Of a stretch of DNA of 64,000 nt, positions 30,554 through 39,328 are shown piece by piece. The position numbers and the translations under genes were made by a program. Source of the stretch: Hyphomicrobiales bacterium. Lineage in GTDB: Bacteria; Pseudomonadota; Alphaproteobacteria; Rhizobiales; JAJFHR01. The notes beneath the pieces were generated by a model. That model did not search any database. It worked only from the letters and a program-made list of their open reading frames with translations, and was not told where the DNA came from. Location of the stretch: the NCBI GenBank assembly GCA_021775475.1, contig JAJFHS010000070.1, positions 29,234 through 93,233 on the forward strand, given 5' to 3'. The number at the start of each line of letters is the position of its first letter. The first letter of the stretch is position 1.

Positions 30554-31390
30554 ATGCTCAAAAAGAATAAACATCCCAGTGAACCTGAAAAATCAGATAC
30601 CAAACCGGGGTTTGACTTGCCCGTTATACTTTCGCTGACGGGTATTGTGTCTGTTATCGCTGCAATCGGCCTTGCTACGCTTAACGGCAAAATGGTTGAT
30701 GAGGGAATAACAGATATTACCAGCATGATGGGGGCATCGGAAGTTATAAATGCCCCGGCGAAACCAGATATCTCGATGGAAATTGCCCGTCTTGACAAAA
30801 AACTGGCCGATATTTCCATGCTGTTAAAGACGATCTCGTCCAGGCAAGTCACCACCACCTCACGGGTTGAGAAGATAGAAGAAGCCTTTAGCCCAACAGC
30901 AAGCATCTCTAACGCTGCTGTTCAAAGTTCCTCCCCCTATTTTCGAATTCAGGAATCCGGGTGGAATGCAGACGATATGGTGACACGCACCCAAAAACGC
31001 GATCGCGTCGCCTTGTTCGAGACTTTGGCGACAATACCAGATACCGATCAAGAACAAGCTGACAGTAGCCTGCCACAATCCCGATATGCTGTTGATCTTT
31101 CTTCTTATGAAAACATCATAACCGCACGAAATAAATGGGAAAAATTTAAGCTGATTTACCCAGACCTCTTTATTAAGCTGGAGCCTAATCTGTTGCCGGT
31201 CCTGGGTAGTAAAGATGAAAAAGGCCAGGTAAAACTGGTTGTCGGGCCGATTAAAACAGCGGCCAGAGCCGCTCAGATATGTTCGATATTGCGAAGCAGT
31301 GGGCAAGCCTGTCAGGAACGTATTTTTTCCTTGTCAAATGTTGCAGTGGTTTCTGTGCCGGAAAACAGCCCTAAAAAATCAACAGAATAA
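30554..31390 (+). CDS. membrane-anchored SPOR-domain protein
   Basis: N-terminal TM (LPVILSLTGIVSVIAAIGLATL). C-terminus YAVDLSSYENIITARNKWEKF...VKLVVGPIKTAARAAQICSIL is SPOR-like. The overlapping minus ORF 30475-30906 has no features. Confidence 0.7.
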   Translation: MLKKNKHPSEPEKSDTKPGFDLPVILSLTGIVSVIAAIGLATLNGKMVDEGITDITSMMGASEVINAPAKPDISMEIARLDKKLADISMLLKTISSRQVTTTSRVEKIEEAFSPTASISNAAVQSSSPYFRIQESGWNADDMVTRTQKRDRVALFETLATIPDTDQEQADSSLPQSRYAVDLSSYENIITARNKWEKFKLIYPDLFIKLEPNLLPVLGSKDEKGQVKLVVGPIKTAARAAQICSILRSSGQACQERIFSLSNVAVVSVPENSPKKSTE

Positions 31391-31499
31391 TACGTTGTTG
31401 CCTGCCTGAAATTTATTGCTATTGAAACTGGCGCGCGTTAGGAAATATCAGGGATGCATCCCTGTTCACAGCTACGCCCGTTTTTTTTCTGGAAATATC

Positions 31500-32438
31500 A
31501 TGCCCGCAAACACTGTTGTCAGCAGCAGTTTTAAAACACTTCTGATTCTTCAAGCCATTCCGTTATTTTTTTCAAGTAACATCATTCTTGGCCGTGCCCT
31601 TAACACCATGGTCGAGCCGGCAACGCTGGCGTTTTACCGCTGGTCGATTGCCGCGGTGATACTGCTTATGTTTTCTGCGTTCAAGCTATGGAAGTTTCGC
31701 ACGCAACTGTTTCGCGTTATTGATCTGCTTTTCATTCTCGGGTTTTTGGGGATGTTTGTCAGCGGTGCTGTGTTTTATGCCGGCCTGCAACAGACAACAG
31801 CCATCAAAGGGGCATTAATCTATATGGCCTCCCCGGCCATCATTGTTCTTCTTGAAGTGGTTTTTCGCGGCCTTCGCGTCAACATTACCAGAATTTCAGG
31901 CATTTTTGCCGCCATGGTAGGTGTATTCATCATCCTGGCTGGCAGTGCGGACCAGAATTTGAAGCTGTTTTCGTGGCAAGCCGGGGATTTATACTGCATA
32001 GCTGCCAGCATATCGTGGGCATTGTATTCTGTGATCCTGAAATCTGAACGCCTGGTGAAAATCCCCACAATTGTTCTGTTTAGCGCGATTGCCATAGCGG
32101 GCTCTATTATTCTATTTCCATTTTATCTCTGGGAGAATGGTCTTCGTGCCAGCTACGAGTTTTCCACCGAGACCTGGACCAGCATATTTTTCATTGCCAG
32201 TGTGTCATCGGTTCTGGCATTTGGCTGCTATCAAAAGGGTGTTGAACTTGTCGGTGCCAGTACGACCAGCCTCTATCTTTATCTGCTGCCGGTGTATGCT
32301 ACCGTGATCGCCGTGTCGTGGCTGGGGGAAGCCCTGTCAATCGTTCACATCATCGGTTTTGTTCTTATTGCGGGCGGTCTTTATTTTTCCACCCGATCGT
32401 TTCGTAACCCCCAGAAAAATGCCGTGAAAAACCAATAA
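31500..32438 (+). CDS. EamA/DMT-family transporter
   Basis: About 10 TM helices in two EamA-like halves. I chose the start at MPANTVV (ATG 31500). Confidence 0.8.
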   Translation: MPANTVVSSSFKTLLILQAIPLFFSSNIILGRALNTMVEPATLAFYRWSIAAVILLMFSAFKLWKFRTQLFRVIDLLFILGFLGMFVSGAVFYAGLQQTTAIKGALIYMASPAIIVLLEVVFRGLRVNITRISGIFAAMVGVFIILAGSADQNLKLFSWQAGDLYCIAASISWALYSVILKSERLVKIPTIVLFSAIAIAGSIILFPFYLWENGLRASYEFSTETWTSIFFIASVSSVLAFGCYQKGVELVGASTTSLYLYLLPVYATVIAVSWLGEALSIVHIIGFVLIAGGLYFSTRSFRNPQKNAVKNQ

Positions 32439-32576
32439 AAACATAGATTTTAGCCAATTTTCATTTTCTGGATAATCGAATTTACGCGACTTTAACTTTG
32501 CCAAAAAAAATCCAGAACCTTCTCCTTGCAAATCCCTGCAATTTCCGTTACATCATCGCGTACTCCGCAAAAAGGG

Positions 32577-32652
32577 GGGCCCATAGCTCAGTTGGTAGAG
32601 CACCTGACTTTTAATCAGGTTGTCGCAAGTTCGAACCTTGCTGGGCTCACCA
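32577..32652 (+). tRNA. tRNA-Lys (anticodon UUU), CCA encoded
   Basis: GGGCCCATAGCTCAGTTGGTAGAGCACCTGACTTTTAATCAGGTTGTCGCAAGTTCGAACCTTGCTGGGCTCACCA. The acceptor stem GGGCCCA/TGGGCTC pairs, the anticodon loop is CTTTTAA, and the T-arm has GTTCGAA. Confidence 0.93.
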
Positions 32653-32722
32653 TTCTCAAACCCTCCCAAAAAAACCTTCGCTTTTCCCAGACAGGCTCTA
32701 GACGTTGGTGCTTTGCCAGTCG

Positions 32723-34447
32723 TTAGAACAGTTTTTTGAACGGTGCTTTTATTATATTGCCGATGGGAGAGGTAACCGTTTCTACCACTCCAACCACACC
32801 TTTGATGCCGCTTTTACCCACAGTTGCCAGTCCTTTGAGGGCAATTTCAGGTGCATCAAGAAAGCCGGGAAGGTCCGGGTAAACTTGCGGGTTTGCCCAC
32901 GGGCCGGTGATGATAATCGGCACATTGATACCCAGAACAGATATCCCGCTTTTGCCGACAAGCGATGGATTGACCCGAAAAGAAAGCGTTCGCGGTGGCA
33001 TTCTAACCTTGCCGCCACCGGTGATGAGTACTTCACCGCCACTCATGCGCAGGTTTTTGTTGGTGCCAACACCTTTGCGAAAGCGAAACTTGGCTCGAAA
33101 CGTGCCAAAGGGTGTCTTGCCACCTCTGGCAAAACCGCTGGTTTTACCTTTTTTTATGCTGCGCAAAATACGCCCGATGTTGACACCAAGCAGCGCTCCC
33201 TTGCGAAAATTAAAATCAGTTGAGCCCCTAAGTGTCTGCATAAACGCATATTGGCTGCGACCGCCCGCCGCCAGGTTGAAACCGATATTGGCACGACCTG
33301 ATATTTTGCGGATGTCGGCAGCATCGAGCAAAAACGACAAGGTCTTCACATTTCTGATATTACCGCTGAAGGCCACAGCTGCCCTGGGTTTGCGGCCATC
33401 CACAGAAAGCTTCAATTTGGCCGTACCGCTGTATAGCGCCAGTCTGGGCATGTTGACCTTCAAGACACCACGCTTCAGCTTTGCCGTGAGGGTTGCTGCA
33501 CCTGTCTTGATCTTGTCATATTGCACAACGTCGACGGAAAGATTGAATTCTCCATCAAGTGACAAGAGGCGGGAAAAATCAATTTTCTGCTTACTCCAGC
33601 CAGCGGCTTTCCTTGATCCAATTCCCAGATACCTGGTGAGGTTGAGCCTGTCTAACTTGAAGTTGGCGAAAATATAGGGTCGTTTTTTACCATATTTATA
33701 AGTCACGTTGCCGATAGCCGTCATTCCATCGGCCTGTAATTTGGCTTTGGTAAGTTTCAGGCTGCTTTTTTGCTGTAACAGGTTTCCTGAAAAATCGGCT
33801 GAAAACTGCTTACTGACAAGCTTGATATCAATCCTGGCATCTTCACCTTTATTGAGCAGCTCAAGGGTGGTGAAAGATGACGCAAGTGTCATTTTTTCAC
33901 CCTTCCAATTGACCGCCCCGGTTATTTCGAGCGGATCGGATTGCGAAGCAGCGCTGATTTTCAGATTAACATCGGCGAATTCATATTCAGTGGCATTTTG
34001 GGCATTGGAATATTTCACCACACCATTGGAAATCTCAAACACTCCGGCCTGGAGCGCCTTGGCACCAAAAGTCCAGTTGTTAGCCCCGGATTTGTCGACC
34101 AACAGGTTGATCACAGGCTTTTCCATAACAAAGCCATTGATGTTGAAGTTGCCGATAAGGGCGGATCCAAAATCGAAGGTGATATCTATCTGGTCCATGG
34201 TGATAAACGCGGTGTCACCGAAGCCTTCAGGGTTGGACAAAACCACTTGCGTTGCCGACATTTGCGGGCTTGGTTGCATGGAAAAACTCAATTCTCCATT
34301 GATAACAAGTGTGCGCCCGGTTTTTTCCTTTACCGAGGCGATTACGGCGTCGCGCACGGTTTTGGTAAAGTTTTGTGCCTGCACGGGTTGTGTGAATGTA
34401 ACCAGTATTGCGACAATGGCCATCACCGCAAAATTCAATCTGCTCAT
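32723..34447 (-). CDS. AsmA-family outer-membrane biogenesis protein
   Basis: 574 aa. Signal/anchor MSRLNFAVMAIVAILVTFTQPVQA, then a long beta-rich repetitive body typical of AsmA family proteins. Confidence 0.8.
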   Translation of the reverse strand: MSRLNFAVMAIVAILVTFTQPVQAQNFTKTVRDAVIASVKEKTGRTLVINGELSFSMQPSPQMSATQVVLSNPEGFGDTAFITMDQIDITFDFGSALIGNFNINGFVMEKPVINLLVDKSGANNWTFGAKALQAGVFEISNGVVKYSNAQNATEYEFADVNLKISAASQSDPLEITGAVNWKGEKMTLASSFTTLELLNKGEDARIDIKLVSKQFSADFSGNLLQQKSSLKLTKAKLQADGMTAIGNVTYKYGKKRPYIFANFKLDRLNLTRYLGIGSRKAAGWSKQKIDFSRLLSLDGEFNLSVDVVQYDKIKTGAATLTAKLKRGVLKVNMPRLALYSGTAKLKLSVDGRKPRAAVAFSGNIRNVKTLSFLLDAADIRKISGRANIGFNLAAGGRSQYAFMQTLRGSTDFNFRKGALLGVNIGRILRSIKKGKTSGFARGGKTPFGTFRAKFRFRKGVGTNKNLRMSGGEVLITGGGKVRMPPRTLSFRVNPSLVGKSGISVLGINVPIIITGPWANPQVYPDLPGFLDAPEIALKGLATVGKSGIKGVVGVVETVTSPIGNIIKAPFKKLF

Positions 34448-34758
34448 CGGCTCGCCTCCCAGGAATATCGCTGTCGATAATCAAAGGTATACAGCCATGA
34501 CCGTAAAGTCCACTTTCTGTAATTTTTTAAACGACAATAAGGATTGATTTACGGCCAACGCCATGGCGGGTTTACAAACGAAATTGTCACGAGCCATCAA
34601 CAACGATCACAAGCCCGGGAGGTGGCTATCAATATGCTTTTGATTGCCTTATCTAGGAGTTAGGTATTGTTTTGCGCTACTCAATTCACACCACGGTTTT
34701 AAAATCGGTAAAATAACACCTTCGGATTACCCCATCCCCCGGGATAGTCCGATCCCCG

Positions 34759-34800
34759 AGGAGCAGATGGCCGTTTACGGCCCTCTGCTCCTTAATTTTT
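34759..34800 (+). terminator. intrinsic terminator oriented on the plus strand, no annotated gene upstream
   Basis: AGGAGCAGA-T-GGCCG-TTTA-CGGCC-C-TCTGCTCCT (34759-34792) followed by TAATTTTT. On the minus strand the same hairpin is followed by CGGGGATCGG, with no U-tract. Confidence 0.6.
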
Positions 34801-34804
34801 GGCG

Positions 34805-35947
34805 CTAATGCACGTCCAGCCCACGGCTCCATGAGGCTTTGGTTTCAGCGGCGAAATCGTTAAATGTACCCGCCTTAATGGCATCGCGAATGCCGCGCAT
34901 AAGATCCTGATAATAATGAATATTGGCCCAACTTAACAACATGGCGCCGAGAATTTCTTTCGATTTGAACAAGTGGTGGTAATAGGCCCTTGAGTATGAA
35001 TTGGCGGCGGGACAGGTGCTTTGGGGATCGAGCGGGGTTGAATCATCGGCAAACCTTGCGTTTGTCAGGTTGATTTTACCAAAACGGGTAAAGGCCTGAC
35101 CGTGGCGACCCGAGCGTGTGGGCATGACGCAATCAAACATATCGACACCACGCAGGCAGGATAATAGCAGATCTTCCGGCGTGCCCACCCCCATCAGATA
35201 CCTTGGACGGTCGTGCGGCATCAAGGGTGTAGTGAAATCCAAAACACGCAGCATTTCTTCCTGCCCCTCGCCCACTGCCAGTCCGCCAATGGCCAGCCCG
35301 GGAAAATCGATATCAATCAGAGTCTCAATTGAACGCGCCCTTAGATCCTCATGCACGCTGCCCTGAACGATACCAAAAATGGCCTGGCCGGGACCACCAC
35401 TGAAGGCTTGTTTCGAGCGTTTCGCCCAGCGCATGGACAATTCCATCGAGCTTTCAGCTTCGTGTTTTTCACACGGGAACGGCGTGCATTCATCAAAAGC
35501 CATTTGAATATCGGAATTGAGCAACGCCTGAATTTCCATCGACCTTTCCGGCGTCAACATATGAGTGGAACCGTCTATATGGGATTGAAACCGAACACCC
35601 TCTTCGGTAATTTTACGTAATTTGGCCAGTGACATCACCTGAAAACCGCCCGAATCCGTCAAAATCGGATACGGCCAGTTCATGAACTTATGCAGCCCGC
35701 CAAACCCGTGAATGCGTTCAGCTGTCGGTCTCAACATCAGATGGTAGGTGTTGCCTAAAAGGATTTCTGCGCCGGTGGCATGCACATGTTCCACCATCAT
35801 CGCCTTAACCGTGGCAGCCGTTCCCACCGGCATGAACGCCGGGGTTTGAATGGTGCCGTGGGCCGTGGTTATTTCACCGGCGCGCGCGCAACCATCTGTG
35901 GCAAACAGTTTAAACGAAAAATCCTGCGGTTGATTTTCTTCACTCAT
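34805..35947 (-). CDS. tgt: queuine tRNA-ribosyltransferase
   Basis: [39 protein letters not shown], and a C..C.C Zn region. Overlaps queA by 4 bp. Confidence 0.96.
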   Translation of the reverse strand: MSEENQPQDFSFKLFATDGCARAGEITTAHGTIQTPAFMPVGTAATVKAMMVEHVHATGAEILLGNTYHLMLRPTAERIHGFGGLHKFMNWPYPILTDSGGFQVMSLAKLRKITEEGVRFQSHIDGSTHMLTPERSMEIQALLNSDIQMAFDECTPFPCEKHEAESSMELSMRWAKRSKQAFSGGPGQAIFGIVQGSVHEDLRARSIETLIDIDFPGLAIGGLAVGEGQEEMLRVLDFTTPLMPHDRPRYLMGVGTPEDLLLSCLRGVDMFDCVMPTRSGRHGQAFTRFGKINLTNARFADDSTPLDPQSTCPAANSYSRAYYHHLFKSKEILGAMLLSWANIHYYQDLMRGIRDAIKAGTFNDFAAETKASWSRGLDVH

Positions 35948-37029
35948 GGGTTTTGACGCTCCAGTAAACAGGCATCGCCATAGGAATAAAACCGATAATC
36001 TGTTGCTATGGCATGGGCATAGGCCTCACGCATTTGACGCAAGCCGCAAAATGCCGATACCAGCATAAAAAGCGTCGAGCGTGGTGTGTGAAAATTGGTG
36101 ATCAGGCCATCCACCGCCTTGAACCTGTAACCCGGAGTTATGAATATATCTGTCGCCCGCGCCATGGGCTCAATCGTGCCATCCTCCAGGCTCGCAGTTT
36201 CGATCATTCTCAGGGACGTCGTGCCGACACAAATGATGCGCCGCCCTTGCGCTTTGGCCTCATTGAGTGAATTTGCGGTTGCTTCAGTGATTTCTCCCCA
36301 TTCACTGTGCATCCTGTGATCGGCAATTTGATCAACCTTGACCGGTAAAAACGTTCCTGCCCCCACATGCAGGGTCAAAAAATGACAGGAAATATCGCGG
36401 GCCGTGAGGGCGGCCATTAAATCGTGGGTGAAATGCAGCCCGGCAGTGGGGGCTGCAACCGCACCTTCACGGGTCGCATATATGGTCTGGTAATCGCGTT
36501 CATCACGGCTGTCAGGCGCACGCTGGGTGGCAATGTACGGTGGCAGCGGCATTTGCCCGTGGGTGGCCACAGCTTCGTCGAGGAAAGCCCCGCTGAGTTC
36601 AAATTGCAAAGCAATCTCACCGCCTTCGCGTTTTTCTCTCACCGTTGCATCGAGACTGTCACGATAACAGGTCTCGCCACTTCCCCCCAACCGAATGACG
36701 TCGCCGACACGCAGCTTGCGGCCCGGCTTGGCAAACGCCAGCCAGACGTTATCGCTGCTGCGTTGATGCAGGGTGACTTCAATTTTGGGGGTGGTGTTGC
36801 CACGGCCAATGCGGTGTCCAGACAGTCGTGCGGGGACAACTCTGGTATTGTTGAAAACCAGCGCGTCACCGGGCCGAAGCAGACTTGGCAAATCTTTAAC
36901 GTGGTGATCACTGTAAACCGGTTGGTCTTGGGGCGACACACGCAAAAGCCTGGCTGCCTCGCGCCGGGCAAGCGGGCGCAAGGCTATGCTGTCGTTTGGC
37001 AGCTCAAAGTCAAAGTCATCAACACGCAT
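35944..37029 (-). CDS. queA: S-adenosylmethionine:tRNA ribosyltransferase-isomerase
   Basis: [42 protein letters not shown]. Confidence 0.96.
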   Translation of the reverse strand: MRVDDFDFELPNDSIALRPLARREAARLLRVSPQDQPVYSDHHVKDLPSLLRPGDALVFNNTRVVPARLSGHRIGRGNTTPKIEVTLHQRSSDNVWLAFAKPGRKLRVGDVIRLGGSGETCYRDSLDATVREKREGGEIALQFELSGAFLDEAVATHGQMPLPPYIATQRAPDSRDERDYQTIYATREGAVAAPTAGLHFTHDLMAALTARDISCHFLTLHVGAGTFLPVKVDQIADHRMHSEWGEITEATANSLNEAKAQGRRIICVGTTSLRMIETASLEDGTIEPMARATDIFITPGYRFKAVDGLITNFHTPRSTLFMLVSAFCGLRQMREAYAHAIATDYRFYSYGDACLLERQNP

Positions 37030-37071
37030 GATCAGGCCTCAATTGCAGGCGATGGCCTGATCGTAATTGTG

Positions 37072-37542
37072 TCAGAGGTCTGCAGCAACACGCAAAGAGA
37101 CGATGTGGTCGGGATTATCTACCGGTTCACCGCGCTTGATTGTGTCCACGTGCTCCATGCCCTCAATTACCTCACCCCAGGCGGTATATTGTCCGTCGAG
37201 AAAGCCGGCGTCATCAAAACAGATGAAAAACTGACTGTCGGCACTGTCAGGCATTTGCGAGCGCGCCATTGAGGCAACGCCACGTTTGTGCGGCCGGTCA
37301 TTAAATTCAGCCTTGAGGTTTTGACCCGACCCACCGGTGCCCTGACCTTGGGGGCAGCCTGTTTGCGCCATAAATCCTTCGATGACGCGGTGGAAGACGA
37401 TACCATCATAGAATTTTTCACGCGCTAGTTCCTTGATGCGGGCGCAATGGTTGGGTGCAGAATCGGTGTAAAGCTCAATCACAACTTTTCCGGCTTCAAG
37501 CTCAAGCACAAGTGTGTTTTCGGGGTCTTTAAGATCACTCAT
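37072..37542 (-). CDS. ppiB: cytoplasmic cyclophilin-type peptidyl-prolyl isomerase
   Basis: FHRVIEGFMAQTGCPQG, SQFFICF. No signal peptide. Confidence 0.9.
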   Translation of the reverse strand: MSDLKDPENTLVLELEAGKVVIELYTDSAPNHCARIKELAREKFYDGIVFHRVIEGFMAQTGCPQGQGTGGSGQNLKAEFNDRPHKRGVASMARSQMPDSADSQFFICFDDAGFLDGQYTAWGEVIEGMEHVDTIKRGEPVDNPDHIVSLRVAADL

Positions 37543-37567
37543 TCGTTTTTCTCCAATTATCTTTCAA

Positions 37568-38110
37568 TTATTTGACGTCAGCAGCAATCTGCATTTTGAT
37601 GATTTTATCCGGGTTTGCAGGTGGCTCGCCACGGACGATCTTATCGACGAATTCCATACCCTTGATTACTTTTCCCCATACCGTGTACTTGCCATCAAGA
37701 AATGCGGTACTGCGGAAGGTAATGAAAAACTGACTGTTGGCGCTGTTGGGGTTCGACGAGCGCGCCATGCCCAATGTACCGCGCACATAAGGCGCTGAGG
37801 AGAACTCTGCCTTTAAATCGGGATATTTTGAACCACCGGTACCAGTGCCGGTGGGGTCGCCGCTCTGGGCCATAAATTTGTCAATGACACGGTGAAAAAC
37901 GATACCGTCATAAAAGCCTTCGCGCACCAGCTTTTTAATTCTGATAACATGTTTAGGCGCAAGATCGGTGCGCAATTTGATCACTACGCGACCGTACTTC
38001 AAATCCATAAACAGAGTGTTTTCATCTTTACCCGCCCTGGCATCTTCCGGTGTCGCTATCACCAACAGCCCGGCGAATAGAGCCAAGCTCAAAATAGCAA
38101 TTTTTCTCAT
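37568..38110 (-). CDS. ppiA: periplasmic cyclophilin-type peptidyl-prolyl isomerase
   Basis: Signal peptide MRKIAILSLALFAGLLVIATPEDARA, FHRVIDKFMAQSGDPTG, SQFFITF. Confidence 0.9.
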   Translation of the reverse strand: MRKIAILSLALFAGLLVIATPEDARAGKDENTLFMDLKYGRVVIKLRTDLAPKHVIRIKKLVREGFYDGIVFHRVIDKFMAQSGDPTGTGTGGSKYPDLKAEFSSAPYVRGTLGMARSSNPNSANSQFFITFRSTAFLDGKYTVWGKVIKGMEFVDKIVRGEPPANPDKIIKMQIAADVK

Positions 38111-38171
38111 ATTCAGTTTCCCATTTTTTTCAACTAAATTATCAATAGAAGCATCTAATTCTTTCTTATTT

Positions 38172-38660
38172 CTATGTTTTTAAAGCCTTCAAAACTGTCC
38201 TCGCAGTTGCCGGTGGTACAAAGCCGGAAATGTCCCCCCCCATCCGCGCGATCTGCTTTACCAATGATGAGGCGATAAATCCGGTTTTGGGTGATGCGCT
38301 CAAAAATACAGTTTCCACTTCACCAGCCATGGCAGCATTCATCGCTGCCATTTGGGCTTCGTAATCAAAATCTGTTGTGTTGCGCAATCCGCGCACAATA
38401 ACACCGGCGCTGTGGTTGCGCGCAGCCTCAACCACAAGGCCATCAAACGTGATGAACTTGACATTGTTGATGTTAAGAGTTGCGACTTCAGTTTCAAGCA
38501 AAGACAGGCGTTGATCCAGAGGCAATAATGAAGTTTTTGAGTGGTGTGCCCCAACGGCTAAAACGAGCGTGTCAAATATACGCGCCGCTCTGGCGATAAT
38601 ATCCAGATGACCAAAAGTCACCGGATCAAAACTGCCGGGATATAGGGCTGTCGTGCTCAT
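38172..38660 (-). CDS. coaD: phosphopantetheine adenylyltransferase
   Basis: ALYPGSFDPVTFGHLDII (HxGH-type motif). I chose the start at MSTTALY (ATG 38660). The longer track ORF would overlap the lysE-family gene. Confidence 0.93.
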   Translation of the reverse strand: MSTTALYPGSFDPVTFGHLDIIARAARIFDTLVLAVGAHHSKTSLLPLDQRLSLLETEVATLNINNVKFITFDGLVVEAARNHSAGVIVRGLRNTTDFDYEAQMAAMNAAMAGEVETVFLSASPKTGFIASSLVKQIARMGGDISGFVPPATARTVLKALKT

Positions 38661-38698
38661 GTTAATCGAATGCCAAATAATGAGAAGAAAAACAAGCT

Positions 38699-39313
38699 CT
38701 AATTCCGGCGCGAAAGCATCAACCAAACTCCGCCACCTATGAGCAATACACCGCTGATTTTTTCAAACAGGGCAAATCGTTGTTGCGAGAGGAAGGATTT
38801 GGTCTTGCCGGTTGCCAGCACACACATCAGATCGATAGCGGAAACGACAGCAATAAAACTTGCGCCATAGACCACCAATTGAAGGCGCGTGTCATACTCC
38901 GGGCTCAAAAACTGCGGTAAAAACGCTGCCAGAAACAGCAAAACCTTCGGGTTGGAAACAGACACTACAAAACCCTGAACAAAAAACCGGCGTGGTTTAT
39001 TGGTAGCGGGAGTAACGTCAATGTTTGCACCTGAGGTACGGATTTTGTTGAAACCCAGCCAGATAAGATAGATAGCACCGGCCAATTTCACCCAATCAAA
39101 CCAGTCTGCCATAAACTGAACAATCGATGTCAGGCCCAGAACAATACTGAACACCAGCAAGGCCAGTCCCAATACGCTGCCCCCAAGGGTGCGCAAACCA
39201 GCCTGTAGGCCGAAAGACATGCTGTTTGAAATCAGCAACGCAAACATGGGACCCGGCGCGAGACCCAGCAAAACAACCGTTACCAGAAAGGTGAGATATA
39301 ACTCTACGGGCAT
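38699..39313 (-). CDS. LysE/RhtB-family amino-acid exporter
   Basis: 204 aa, 6 TM. N-terminus YLTFLVTVVLLGLAPGPMFALLISNS is typical of the family. Confidence 0.85.
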   Translation of the reverse strand: MPVELYLTFLVTVVLLGLAPGPMFALLISNSMSFGLQAGLRTLGGSVLGLALLVFSIVLGLTSIVQFMADWFDWVKLAGAIYLIWLGFNKIRTSGANIDVTPATNKPRRFFVQGFVVSVSNPKVLLFLAAFLPQFLSPEYDTRLQLVVYGASFIAVVSAIDLMCVLATGKTKSFLSQQRFALFEKISGVLLIGGGVWLMLSRRN

Positions 39314-39328
39314 GTTAATTCTTCCACA

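Noticed and set aside
32439-32722. tRNA-Lys as a potential integration hotspot (genomic island or prophage att site)
   Set aside because: No integrase, no repeat of the tRNA 3' end, and no foreign-looking genes are present on either side. EamA and asmA flank it directly.
32907-34547. Two long plus-strand ORFs (256 and 279 aa) antisense to asmA
   Set aside because: They overlap the AsmA-family gene entirely. Their translations are low-complexity (Ser/Pro/Leu/Arg-rich) with no motifs or RBS. They are typical shadow ORFs opposite a real gene.
36424-37272. 282-aa plus-strand ORF antisense to queA and the ppiB 3' end
   Set aside because: It runs across an intergenic gap and two well-supported minus-strand genes. 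It has no recognisable domain, so I treat it as a shadow ORF.
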